DNA of 63,843 nt, filler included, from Vannella sp. (taxonomy: Eukaryota): assembly GCA_023345925.1 (NCBI GenBank). It is 9 parts of 9 records of this genome, joined end to end, with 100 filler letters (N's around TTAATTAATTAA, not from the genome) between each part and the next. Parts side by side here need not be neighbours in the genome. Positions count along the whole stretch, not along the records: positions 45,372 to 55,353 come from JAJQQN010000025.1; positions 55,454 to 60,955 come from JAJQQN010000128.1; 7 more parts are not named here. One strand, 5' to 3'. Below are positions 45,379 to 57,412 of the stretch, piece by piece. Position 1 is the first letter of the stretch; the number at the start of each line of letters is the position of its first letter. A program made the translations under genes and the position numbers. The notes under the pieces are model-generated. The model saw nothing but the letters and a program-made list of their open reading frames with translations, was not told where the DNA came from and searched no databases.

Positions 45379-48300
45379 ATGGCTGAACCGCGCAACTTCT
45401 CGAAAGCGTTGAAGGGTTTGACGCCAGAGCAGAAGCAGAGGATTTCGCAGATGGCCCCGGAGGCACGAAATGCGTACATCACTCGTCTGAAGCAGAAGGG
45501 AGCAGCAGCGGCTGGTGGGGCGAGACCTCGAGTTCATGATGATTCGCAGCGCCCTGCAAAGAGCAGGGCCAGTGTACATGGGGTATCTCAGTCCACGGAC
45601 AGTCTTTCAAGCCATGGTGGCATAGATCTCGCTACGTGCATGGCGGATCCGATTCTTACAGGCGCCTACCTCGATTACTTGCAAAAGGCCTTCTGCCCCG
45701 AATCCCTGTTTGCTTATCGTGCTATCATCGTCCTGGAACGCAAGTTCGACTCTCTAACACCCAAAGAACGATATCGGTAAGCCCCCTCTCCCCTTTTCCC
45801 CTTCTCTAACCTTCGCTGAAGCGAGATGGCGAAGCTCGTCGATCAACATCTGCGCCCTGGCTCAGACATGGAAGTTAACGTCTCAGACTTCCTTCGTGCT
45901 GCCCTTACGGATGTTGTTGATAAGAAGAAGGACCAAGAGAACCCCGAGCTTTCCATGAAGATGCTCCTCCCCGTTCGAGAGGAACTCAGCATGCTTATGA
46001 CCTCTGATACCTTCTTTCGCTTCATCTGCGACCCAGTTTGCAAATCTAGGTCTGTTTGCTTACCCTTTCCGTCTGCATCTACTGAGTCCCCCTCTAGTTT
46101 GGACAAGCAGAGTGTGTTCGAAGGGCTCTCCTTCTATCGTGCAATCCACAAGGCTGAGATCGCCCCATCAGAGTGGAACATCATCATGACAGGCTCTGCT
46201 GATGTCAAGGTGGACACTGGAGAGACCATTTTAGCTCAAGGAGAGGTCAATCAGTACTTCTATCGCTTGGAAACAGGTGCTGTACGGTTGGATCGCTTTC
46301 GAAAGTAAGGATTTGATGACTAAGCGTGGCACACACTTACCCTCCATCTCAGCGGTGTCACCTCTCAGGTAGCAGAGCTCGCAGAAGGAGGATCCGTGTT
46401 TGGAGAGATCAGCATGTTCGGAAACATCCCCGCTTCCGCATCTGTGATCGCCAAGAGCCCAGTTACTGTTCAGAGGTTAGTGGATCTCTGGACTGGGTAA
46501 CCGAAGGCGTCCTTACTTTGAGGTAGACTTCAAGCGCGTCTCATTCTCTACCTCTTTCTCCACACTAAGAAGGGTCCTGATCTTGGCCGCCGCTTTTTAA
46601 GCACCTTGGGTGTTGACCTGTCGGCTAGGCTCTCAGAGATCACCTCATTTGATGAGAGTAATCTGGGAGCCAAGCGAGTTACTATCTCGAGTATCCTTCG
46701 AGCGCGCCAGGGAGAGAGAGGCCACGATGATGAAGATCGGGAGGCAACTCCTGAGGAACTCTTCCATCGCCGATTCGACACTCTGTCCGTCAGTGAGTCC
46801 GTTATATCCTCTATCGAGGCACAATTTCACAAGCAAAAGAAGAAAGGGACTCTGTATGTCACTTCTAAGCACGTTTGTGCATTCTGGAACTCCCTTGGCC
46901 AGAAAGGAAGGGTATTTATCTCCCATGGGATCGCATCTTCTCTGACAATCTTCTAGGAGATTTACGACTTCCGAAAGATGGACACAGTGAAGAGTTCGAA
47001 GCCCAAAGAACTCGAAATCACGTTTACCAACGATACCAAGCCTTTTCTTGTATGAAATCATCACGCAGAAACCTTTTCGTGTGTCTCATCAAAGCGTTTT
47101 AGATCAAATTTAATACGGACGAGGATCTTTCGTATCACGAAAACCTCATCCGATCCATCACCACCACAGTGGCTGTTGACGACAATGAAACTCCCCGGAG
47201 TGAACAAGAATCTATGGATTTGTGCTACAACTCAGATGTTGAGAAAGTCTTTGCTGATGTTCTGATCAAAAATGAAGAGTGGGATGTTCTGGCTCACAAC
47301 AATGATCCAAGTGGCTTCAGGTACTCTGCAGTTTACTTTGAAGGAGAAACTATCGTCCAAGAAGGAGGCCCAGCGCTTTTCCGCATTTTCCGTATCAAGT
47401 CTGGGACTTGTATCGTCTCGAAGTTGGTTCCAAACGCTCAAGAAGGGGAGCCATCATCTGCAACCCTTGGAACATTGGGGGAAGGTGATCTCTTTGGAGA
47501 GGTCAGTTTCTTCTCAAACTCCAACACTACCGCTACAGTAATGGCGTCCAGCCTAGTTGAATTGCAAATCATCGATGGACACCATCTCCGGATGCTATCC
47601 AAAGATAACCTCGGGCTCGTGCTCAAGTTTTACTACCTTGCCTGCTCTAATATGGCTCAACGTATTCGCGAGCGAGAGAACGATGGCTGGGCGCGCTTTG
47701 AAAAGTACGCCCTCACTCCTGTTTAATTGTCTTCCTAACTCTGGGCCATAGACTGGGTGTCAAAGAGTCGGATCTTCCAGCAGACGCAAGCGAGGCTGCT
47801 AAGATGCAGCAAAACCGACGGAAAAATGTTGGCAAGGGAATTCGAGGGAAGGCTATTTGGATTAAGGCTGACTCGGAAGTCGCTGTGGAGGTATGCCTCA
47901 AAGAAGGGATGTTCTTTGTCTATCCAGATGGTGGAGGCAAGAGTCTTGTAACCTTGGACCTTCTGGTCTTCGTGGTTGTACCCTCTCCTGAGAAATTCAC
48001 CCTCCTCTTTGGTGATGAGGAGTACACTTTTAGACCACTCTCAGACCTCCTCAGTAGCTGGCTCTTCAGGCTTGAACAATCCTCACTTCATATCCAAACC
48101 CAAGCGGTTACCACTGCAGGAAAGGAATTCCTCTCTATTGTACGTCGACTCAAACCAGATGGGCCCCATTCTCACCGCTACTGCAGGCCAAAAAGTATTC
48201 CAAGGATGTGATGAATGGGACATTGGAGTTCCGATTGCTTTCCCAAAAGAAGTATGAAACAAGAAGAGTCATCTTAAGGACCGAGTTTGTGAACATCTTC

Positions 48301-48718
48301 CAAGAAGAACATAAGGTATAGCTTGCTTACGAAGAAGTTTTGGGTACTAACAGAGATTACAGATGCCTGTCGCAAGACTCAACATTCTGTTCTCTGTCAT
48401 CAAGTTGATAAGCGACACAGAGATTCAAATTATCTCAGACACTATGTAATTCATCCCTCCTCCAGTGACTATGCTGACACCTCCCGATAGTGGATTCCTC
48501 CGCTTCATCGACAAGGCCCAAAGGGATGAATGGGTCCGACCGCTCAGAGGAGTGCAAAAGTTGCTTTACAACGCTGGCATTGGAGCACTTCATGACAGCA
48601 GGCAAGTTGCTCTCTGTCTCTTAAAACTGCTCTAGGAACTCACCAACTCCACAGAATGAGATCGTCAGCGCCTAAAACCGAGAAGTCAATCTCTTTGTTT
48701 TTCGGCAAAAAGAAGTAG
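45379..48718 (+). CDS. Multi-exon signalling protein: RGS, cNMP-binding, GRAM, cNMP-binding, two PH-like domains
   Basis: RGS (YLDYLQKAFCPESLFAY...EVNVS...DTFFRF), cNMP (GETILAQGE...FGEISMF), GRAM (LFHRRF...GTLYVTSKHVCAF), second cNMP (FGEVSFF). In-frame splicing continues through 47755-48718. Confidence 0.75.
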
Positions 48719-48812
48719 AAATGCATCCAAGCTTTTCCTTTGGCTCACCTTACTTAAACCCTAAAATCAACTTTCCAGATATTTTCGAGATATTTGTGGC
48801 GGACTCATTTTC

Positions 48813-51559
48813 ATGGCCTCCTTCCCAGCCTGGAGCTCCTTTGGGAGTTCTTCGGTCAGCTTGTCATCAAGATATCGAGATTCTTCTGCAAGCACGCCAT
48901 TCTCACGATTGGGAAGCGTCGTTGGTCACCGGTACAAGTTCATATGTGCCATTGTTGAGAACCGTATGCGAGAGGTAATGAATTCTCGAGCTGGAACTGT
49001 AGTCGTTGAACTTTCTGACTGATTGAAAGGTTGGCGTTGCTATCTTGAACCTGACTCGCCCTGAAGTGGAGTTATCTTCGTTTACTGATACTCACACCTA
49101 CATGAGTGTCCTCACCAAGCTGATGATTTACTACCCTCAGGAAGTATGATCAACATGCATTCACCCATTGGAGACTATTTGCCTTACCGACTCCCTCTAG
49201 ATCCTTGTTACGAAGATGGCAGAGCCTTCAGAGTTGCAACTTCTCGTGAGTGCAAAGTATCCTCAGTGCAAGGTGGTTCCAATCGCCCGCAAGTACTTTG
49301 ATGAAACGAAAGGAGCTAAATACGTGTCAATGTATGCTATCCCTTCCTCCACATTGATTGGAGAAACTGCGGAAAGGTAACCCCATCATTGGATGATCGA
49401 TAAGCTTCCCATTTAACGACACCTTAGGTACTTGAGTTTGGCAGCGCTTGCTTCCCTGATCAAGTACGTTGAGTTCTCCCAAAAGTTGACCTTTGCTTCT
49501 GGTTCTCTCAAGGTAAAGGAGTCAAGCTTAAGGATTCTTCTGACAAGACCTTTGGCAGATCGTTTTTGTGGGGAAAGAAGGAACGATGAACATCGACAGC
49601 AACTCTCTGTGGAACTTGGAAGTACTTTGCGACACAAGTGGAGATAGTAGAGTCTCTTTGCTCTCAACAATTAACCACACACAAACCCGGTCAGGATGTG
49701 AGAACATCTGCTTTCAATCGACTTGAGCCTTGCTTACTGATTGGTTGAGCCCGCCTGTTGCGAGTGAATCTGTGCCAACCGCCAATCGACGAGAATACGA
49801 TTAATACTCGGCTGGACTGCGTGGAAGAGCTTCTTCTTAATGAAGAGTGCTACATTGGTCTTCGAGCTCTTCTCAAACACATTCCTAACATTGACAGTAT
49901 CATTTCATGTCTTGTTACCATCGACCACCTCACCAATTCCTCTGAAAGTAGATGCCAACGGAATGTGGGTGCGGTTCTACAGCTGAAGAGCTTATTGGAG
50001 ACGGTTCCGAAACTAGCATTGGTACGAACAAAGACCCTTGTCTCTTCCTTTATTGACTTCCTGCCCTTAGCTGCTTCGTACTCGCAACAACCCACTTCTT
50101 CAGGCAATGGAGAGAAATTTCTACGACCGGAGGATCCAGGAGATGTTGGAAGAGATCGACGAGATGCTATCTGAAGACGCTCTGTTGAAGGACCCTCTGT
50201 CATCTAAGCTCCAGGTGAGAAAAAGCTGTTTTCAAACATTGACTGAAATTGGAACCCCAGTATTGCTCGGCCATCAGGCAAGGTATCAACGGATTGCTCG
50301 ATGTGGCTAGGAAGACCTTTCACGAGACTAGAGAGGACATTGAGGCCCTGGTGGAGGTTTACCGACAGCAATATGCCATTCCAGAGACGAAGATCCTCTT
50401 TGGTGCCAAACGGGGTTATCATTTGGCTATCCCTGTCGACGCAAAAATTCCCTCCTGCGCCATCCAAATCACAAAGCAGAAGCGAATCGTCAAGTTTTCC
50501 ACCGAAGAACTGATCAATTTGAATGACAGACAGCAAAGTTCTCTCCAAGAAATCCTCCAACTGAACAATCGGATTCTGGAGCAGCTCACACATTCCCTTA
50601 GAGAGAAGATTGCATCTGTCTATGCTATCAATGACACTATTTCGTTGCTGGATTTGCTCCTCTCCCTGGCCACTTGGGTCACTCTCAACGACAATTGCTG
50701 TCGCCCAAAAGTGACTCGGGATTCAGGGTTTGACATTATAGGCGGCCGGCATCCTATTCTTTCCCAACAGTCTGAAAGGAAGGTTATCCCGAACGACACC
50801 AGAGTCTCCAGAGCCCAGAACTTCCACTTGATTACCGGTGCAAACATGAGCGGAAAGTCAACATATGTCCGCCAAATTGCTCTGCTCACTATCTTGGCGC
50901 ATCTGGGATGCTACGTTCCCGCTTCTTCATGTTGCATCCGTTTGACGGATCGCCTGTTCACAAGACTGGGAACTTCTGATAACATGGAAGAAAATGCGAG
51001 TTCTTTCATGGTGGAGATGAGAGAGATGGCCTTCATCCTCCAAAGTATGACTCCAACGTCTCTCGTCATCATCGATGAGCTAGGCCGAGGAACCAGTTTG
51101 GAAGATGCCAGCTGCATTGCTTGGAGTTGCTGTGAAGCCCTTCTAGAGGGAAACTGTTTCACTTTCTTTGTCACCCACTTCTCGGTTCTTTCTCAACTCG
51201 AGCAGATTTACAAGAACGTCAAGATATGCCATTTAGAGTGCATCCAACGGGAGAGTTCCTTGGAGTATTCCCATCTTCTAAAGGGTGGAAAGGACACCTC
51301 TGAAATGTACGGAATCCACCTTGCCCGAAACCTTGCCGGGTTTCCTCCTAAAGTCATCGAAGACGCCTTCGCAGTGGCCGACTATCTTCGCCAAACAGGC
51401 ACAGAGAGCGCTCTCGCACCAATCACTCCCCTCACCCGAGACGAAGCAGTAGCCAACGCCTTCTTCATCCTCCAAAACCTGAAACCCTCAACGCTCCCTC
51501 TGGACAGTCTCCGCGTCCTCCTCCGCCAAATGCAAGAAAAGCTAACCAGCCCCTTCTAG
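48813..51559 (+). CDS. MSH4: MutS homolog 4 (meiotic; multi-exon)
   Basis: N-terminal AIVENRMREVGVA, GINGLLDVARKTF, GRHPIL, GANMSGKSTY, SSFMVEM, IIDELGRGTS, FVTHF; no mismatch-binding domain I evident. Confidence 0.88.
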
Positions 51560-51683
51560 CTCTGGCCCTCACTTCAAACCCCCTCCATCAACCCACTCCC
51601 TTTACCCCAACGCCACGCCACAAGTAACTCACTAAACCAATCATCTTCCGGAAGAGATTCCTTGAAAATCATTTTTTGTCCGG

Positions 51684-53170
51684 ATGGGTGATCTGGCGCA
51701 CCTCTGGCGAAAGAAGCACTTTCACCGACCTACGTGGTGCGCTCATTGCGAGAAGTTCATTTGGGGAATAGGACTGCAAGGGTACTCTTGTACAGGTGTG
51801 TGCTGCGCCTTCTTCAAGGCCTCAACGCTCTAACGGTGAGGCGAGCCAGCTTGTGTCTTTCCTTGTCACCCCAAGTGTCGGGCGTTGATTCCTCCTACTT
51901 GCACTGGTACACCAAGAGACTGGGGGAAACACATCTTGGATGAGGCGAAGCAACGACAAGAGAGCAAACCCAAACCCCCTTCAGGTTCCCTCCGACGGGG
52001 CCAGAACCCGCTGCGGGTTACCAACACGGATGACTTGGAGGCCTTCCTTGCTAGCCAACACGAACAACCAAAGGCAGAACTGGATGTATGCCAGGAAGAG
52101 GACTTCCTCTTCGAGGAGAACTCAGAAGACGAGAACTTCCTTGCGGTCGGCTCTTCCCCTGCATCTCCTGCTCCGAACTCTACTCGCAAGAGGCCTGTCT
52201 TCACCACAGAGAAGTCTCTGGTTCGTATCTTCGATGGAGGAAAGAAGGAAGTGGCCAAGTCCTTCGATTCAGTCTACATTCTTCACGAGGAACTTGGAAG
52301 GTTCGTCCCTCTAAGACTGCTCCAGCCACTGACTCTTCCTCTAGCGGTGCCTTTGCTACAGTATACAGAGTAGAGCATCGTGTGACTGGTCAGTTCTCCG
52401 CTGTGAAGATTCTTGAGAAGAGGGTGACCGCCGATGCCGACCGTTTGGCCACAGAACTGGCCATTCTGGAGAAGGTGAAGCATCCTAACATCATCCAGCT
52501 TGAAGAGGTCTTCGAGACGAATGATAGGATCTACATAGTCACCGAACTAGTGACTGGAGGAGAGCTCTTCGACCGAATTGTCCTCCGCGGGACCTTCACA
52601 GAGGCGGATGCGGCTGGTCTGATCCGCAAGGTGGTTGGTGCATTGGAGTATCTTCACTCCATGGGCATCGTCCATCGTGATCTCAAGCCAGAGAACCTGC
52701 TCTTGAAGAGCAAAGACAACGACACCGACGTTAAGATCGCCGATTTTGGCTTGGCCAAGGTGATGGCGGCCAATGCACTAGCCCAGACTGCTTGTGGTAC
52801 ACCGGGCTATGTAGCACCAGAGATCCTTCGCACAGGGAAGGGCTACGGCACTCCTGTGGACATGTGGAGTGTTGGTGTGATCACCTACATCCTCTTGAGT
52901 GGCTTCCCTCCCTTCTATAACCAGAACATCCCTCTCCTCTTTGAGTCCATCATGCTATGCGACTTTGACTATCCGCCAGCCTACTTTGACAAGATCAGCG
53001 ACGACGCATTGAGCTTCATCGACTCCCTCCTCGTCTCCTCTCCCGAGAATCGCCTCACTGCAGAGGCTGCAATGAAGCACAAGTGGCTTGCCAATCCACC
53101 TCCCACGCCACTGAACATCAGCGCGACTCTGAGAAAGTCTCAAGGCATGAGGAAGAAGCTTCGCCATTAG
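51684..53170 (+). CDS. C1-domain + CaMK1-like Ser/Thr kinase (3 exons)
   Basis: Spliced C1 HLWRKKHFHRPTWCAHCEKFIWGIGLQGYSCTACVFPCHPKCRALIPPTC; kinase GSGAFATV, GGELFDRIV, HRDLKPEN, DFG, CGTPGYVAPE. Confidence 0.88.
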
Positions 53171-53541
53171 AGGAAGGATAAAGGTCCCTTTCATTGCCAA
53201 GCTCACTCCAGGGCTCACTGGACACTTGCTTTACTCTACCAAGACCTCTCTCGTTAGGAACCATGAAGAGAAAGCTCATAAACGAACCGTGTGGTAGACA
53301 GGGACGACCGGCAGCGGCTTTGGGCTTGGTTTAAGGACAACAATGATCACTGCATGTACCAAGAGGAAGCCAAAGTGCAAGACAAGCTACCTCCCCACCC
53401 CATTCATCAGAACAACACTTCTACACCCTCCAACTCCACTCACCAGCCCCAACACCGACCGCAACGCCAACCACACCAACCACACCCACCAGTCCAGCAT
53501 CACAATGAGCGATTCAAGCTTCCTCCCGGACCCATTGGGCG

Positions 53542-54072
53542 ATGCCACCGAGCGAGTGGCCGCTGTGGACGAAAGGGGCTCTGTTGAGGGACCGGATACC
53601 GGCGGGGAGGAGTGTACAGATCACTGTGAAGAAGAAAGATCTTCCTATTAAGAAGAGAGATGTCACAAAGCGCTCAATCCTGAGGCGGAAGCTCGCAGAG
53701 AAAGAGGAGAACCAACGGGAGCTTGCAGCGGCCAAATGCGAGGACATGCAGAGTTCAGAAGGACGATTGAATGAAGAACACATTGCTGAGCAAGCAAAGA
53801 AGCTTGAACTTCTGCAGAAGGAGAAGCACAAGCTGTTCCTCCTCTTAAAGAAGGCTTTGCAGCGGGACAAGCTTCAGCAGCAGAATCTGGCCTTGAAGAA
53901 GTCTCAAGAGGCTCGGTACGACTTGTTCTTTACGCTACAATCTCCCTCACACTCGCTTGGTAGCCTATTGGAGGAGCCTAATGACCCTTACGAGACACCA
54001 TCCCGAAGGATATCGAACCCAGCCCCTGCCAACCGCATCTTTGGCTCAGGGATGATGACTCATGGTATGTGA
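53542..54072 (+). CDS. Coiled-coil protein with GPS2-like motif; boundaries uncertain
   Basis: KLELLQKEKHKLFLLLKKAL resembles the GPS2 coiled coil (L..LQEEKHQLFLQLKKVL). Confidence 0.4.
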   Translation: MPPSEWPLWTKGALLRDRIPAGRSVQITVKKKDLPIKKRDVTKRSILRRKLAEKEENQRELAAAKCEDMQSSEGRLNEEHIAEQAKKLELLQKEKHKLFLLLKKALQRDKLQQQNLALKKSQEARYDLFFTLQSPSHSLGSLLEEPNDPYETPSRRISNPAPANRIFGSGMMTHGM

Positions 54073-54302
54073 TGAACACCAACCACTCGAACATCCAGAT
54101 AGTGACTAGTGGGTGAAAGGAATGCCCCCTCCAAGCTACGGAGCCGCCTATCCAGTCCATTACGTGCGCCCTCCTCTCTTGGTGACTGCGCCACCTCGGC
54201 TTGCCATGTCTCCCAGATCTAGAGAGGGCTTCGCTCCTCATCACAGTGGAGTGCGCTGGTGATGTGTCAAGCGAATGAACAAAGTGCATGTATAAAGGGC
54301 CT

Positions 54303-55295
54303 CTAAAGGGGTTCCTCCTTTGGCCAGCTCTCCAACGTCAACTCTATGGCAGAGGAGATGAAGGGGCGAAGGACGCTGCTACTAAGGAACATGTCTGAAA
54401 GGACAGTCTCCGAGACTTGAGTGAAGACGGCGTGCAGGAGGCGTTCTTCGTTTGTGTAATCCTCCGGCTGCTCTGCGCACGCTCTGCAGTGCATCAGCAG
54501 GGCCACTAAGCTCAATAATGGGCTACTCAGGTTAGATAACTCCTCAGGAAGACCGCTCTGCCCCAGCTTAACGAGCATGTTCTCGACAAACGGGTAAACC
54601 GGGTTGCTCAACACGTTGATGCACTGCTGGTAGCCCTCCGAACTGAGACTAGCATCTGGCCCGTGAGTTGCATAGTCCACAAAGGTACAAACCAGGTGAT
54701 GAGCGGTGTTGTAGGGAAACTGGGAGTTCAGAATCAGATTGAGAAGACTGTTGGAAGTGGCTGGAGAGACTTCCATGTGCATGTCGACTACTCCATGAGG
54801 GTTTTGGTTCAGTATTGCGCGAGTGGAACTGGATGCTGTCCCATTGCCGACCAAGAGGGAGAACATTCGAAGTCCTGTTCGGCAGAGGAGCTTGGGGAAG
54901 TCGCGGAGGGAAAGGTTGTAGACCTTGTTGGCAACGCAATAGGCCAACAACAGAGAGAACTGCTCTTTCAGCATTGGAGGGGGAATGGCGGTCCCTCCTT
55001 GTTGGAGAAAGAAAGCGATGAGATGCTCCTTGTAAGAGCTCATGTCATCCGCGTAGTGCTGGTATTCAGGATACGGTACGAGAGGGTACTGTCGAGCTTG
55101 TATGACGTCCTGTTCATCAAGTACACTGCTGTCTCTTCTCATACGCTTGGCCGTGGGAACGTGAAACTCATCAGGCTCGCGCTTTACTCCCACCTCTCGA
55201 GGAGAAGAGGACGGAGAAGCTTCACCAATACTCTCAATCACCACAACATCCGCATTAATATCCAGCCCAGCTACAAAGCAGTCAGAAGCGCTCAA
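54303..55295 (-). CDS. Unknown helical protein (NLS-like PTAKRMRR); 5' end unresolved near contig edge
   Basis: 330-codon open frame with protein-like composition. Confidence 0.6.
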   Translation of the reverse strand: MSASDCFVAGLDINADVVVIESIGEASPSSSPREVGVKREPDEFHVPTAKRMRRDSSVLDEQDVIQARQYPLVPYPEYQHYADDMSSYKEHLIAFFLQQGGTAIPPPMLKEQFSLLLAYCVANKVYNLSLRDFPKLLCRTGLRMFSLLVGNGTASSSTRAILNQNPHGVVDMHMEVSPATSNSLLNLILNSQFPYNTAHHLVCTFVDYATHGPDASLSSEGYQQCINVLSNPVYPFVENMLVKLGQSGLPEELSNLSSPLLSLVALLMHCRACAEQPEDYTNEERLLHAVFTQVSETVLSDMFLSSSVLRPFISSAIELTLESWPKEEPL

Positions 55296-55353
55296 AGAAA
55301 GAGAAAGACCGCCATCACGTATCAGCTGATTATCACGTCATCCAATAACCATG

Positions 55354-55453
55354 NNNNNNNNNNNNNNNNNNNNNNNNNNNNNNNNNNNNNNNNNNNNTTA
55401 ATTAATTAANNNNNNNNNNNNNNNNNNNNNNNNNNNNNNNNNNNNNNNNNNNN
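55354..55453. other. Artificial contig spacer
   Basis: N44-TTAATTAATTAA-N44. Confidence 0.99.
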
Positions 55454-55687
55454 GAAAACATTTATATGAGTGCAATAGGTGGGGAAGCCCTTCACCCTGG
55501 TCCACGAAATCCCTCGAGGTACTTTTTGGGCTCATTTGACCATCCCATCAAACGATGGAAAAGTGGCCCTCTAAAAAGCATTTTATTTAAATCGTCATTT
55601 CCCCACGCAGAAGTCCGTCATCTGGAGCACTCCCAGAAAAAAGGACGAAAAGAGGGTCAGCAGCAACGGGGTGCATTTTGTGGCGGA

Positions 55688-56951
55688 TGAGGATCCAAGA
55701 GCATCTGGAAGCGAGTCAGAGAGCTCTGATCATCGCTATCGGAAGAGGCGAACGCAGAAGCGATGAGGCCATGGTGGCTCGGGACGAGAGTGATGCGGCA
55801 ATCAAGGAGTTTGACGAAATGGAAGGGAGCGATCCAGCTTTGGGGAGTATGGTCTACTTGGTGGATGCCCAAGCCTCTCAATGGCACTTTGCTTCCTCCT
55901 TTGAACCAAAGGAGACTTTAGAGTATGCCGTCGGCTTTTCTCGAGACCCAGAGCGGGTGAAATGGTTGGCTCCCCGAATGGTACGAGCTGCAGCCTCCTC
56001 GTCTGGCATCATCCCCCTCATACTTCACAGGCAGACGCTGGCTACGCAAAGATAGAGGTGAGCGGAGTGCCCAACGCTGATGAGGAACTCCAAACGGGGC
56101 GAATCCTCCATTGCCAAGCCCGTTTGGATGGAGCTGCTCTCCACATTCGCAACGCCATATCATTGTACCTCCAATCCTATCCTCAGTGCTCACATACAAC
56201 AAAGTGGATCATTAAGGCGTACGCCAGCCTCAATCTCGTGCATCTTGAAGAGGAAGAGAATAACAAACTCAAACTCCGGCCGGAACGGCAAGAAGAATCG
56301 GAAGAGACGGAGCTGATTGCCCAAACTCGTGAGGGCTTTCATGAACAACAAGGAGAGTCTCCAAACGGCCAATTGGATGGAGAAAGAGATCCGCTCATAC
56401 TTATCAAAGAAGCTTATCAGAGCAAAATTCTCTCTGACGGGGATCTTGCAGAGGGCTTAAGAGTAGAGCCCTTGTGTTATTCCAAATCAAATGAGTTCCA
56501 TTTTGAAGTGTTCCACTCCCGTGGTTGGATCTATCACATTCCGCGGGCTTCAAAACTTGTCCATTGGTCCTTCCGAATGCCTCCTGGACAGTCGTCCCTT
56601 GGAATCGTTTCTACACATGGTTTGAACCCGCCAAAGTGGCCTCTTGGTCCTCATCTTGACCTAAACGGGGGAGAATGCTCTGGGGAATGGAATTCTTCTC
56701 CGATCTCATTTCCAGTGGGGTCCTTGGTTCAATGCACCTTCCTTTCTGGAAATCCTGCTCAACTGATTATCCGAGCGAGCGAAGGAGAAACAGGCATCTT
56801 TCGAGAGTGTCTCTTTGGCGCTGAAGAACTCTCCAGCATCTATCTCTTCCTCCCAGATAAGTTGGAGTCCAAGTTATCTGGGATTTGTCTATCTGATGGT
56901 GAGCAGAACAGTACCGCCTCCAGAACGAAGAGGAGTTGCAAACTGGGTTAG
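55688..56951 (+). CDS. Hypothetical protein (2 exons)
   Basis: Two overlapping ORFs joined in frame by a GTACGA...CACAG intron (~55981-56030). Confidence 0.6.
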
Positions 56952-57412
56952 ACGGTGGATGCCTGTTTGTTTGTATTTATCCCAATAAAGACGAGCTGAT
57001 CCACTTGAAAAGGCTGCTCTTGATTGGACTGTATTGATTCTCAAAGATAAGACTTCCTTGAGTCGACAAAGCAGGACTGGACAATCCAGTCTCCAACAGC
57101 TATGCCAAAAAGAAAGCACACCTTCCCATGAAGGTGAAGCATCCACGACCCCCCGTGCGCTGAGAATCCAATGCATCCAATGCATCGGAACTCAGACTCG
57201 ACCACTTCACCAGTTAGGACGCTCTACACCACCTAGGCGTAGTCCATCCCTTCATTCATTCTCCCGGTAGAAGAAGAGTGCACGGTTCGTTCAGAATTTA
57301 GGTTCCTTTATCGAACAAAGACACCAACAGCTTCTTCCCATTCCAGGCCCCAGTTATTGAACGGATCTTTGAAGGAGAGCCCCGACTTCGAATAATGCAG
57401 TTAAGATGGGCT

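Noticed and set aside
54900..55040. ARID-like helix pattern (YKEHLIAFFLQQGGTAIPPP)
   Set aside because: Lacks the LDL..LY..V...GG and downstream Trp signatures; too weak to call.
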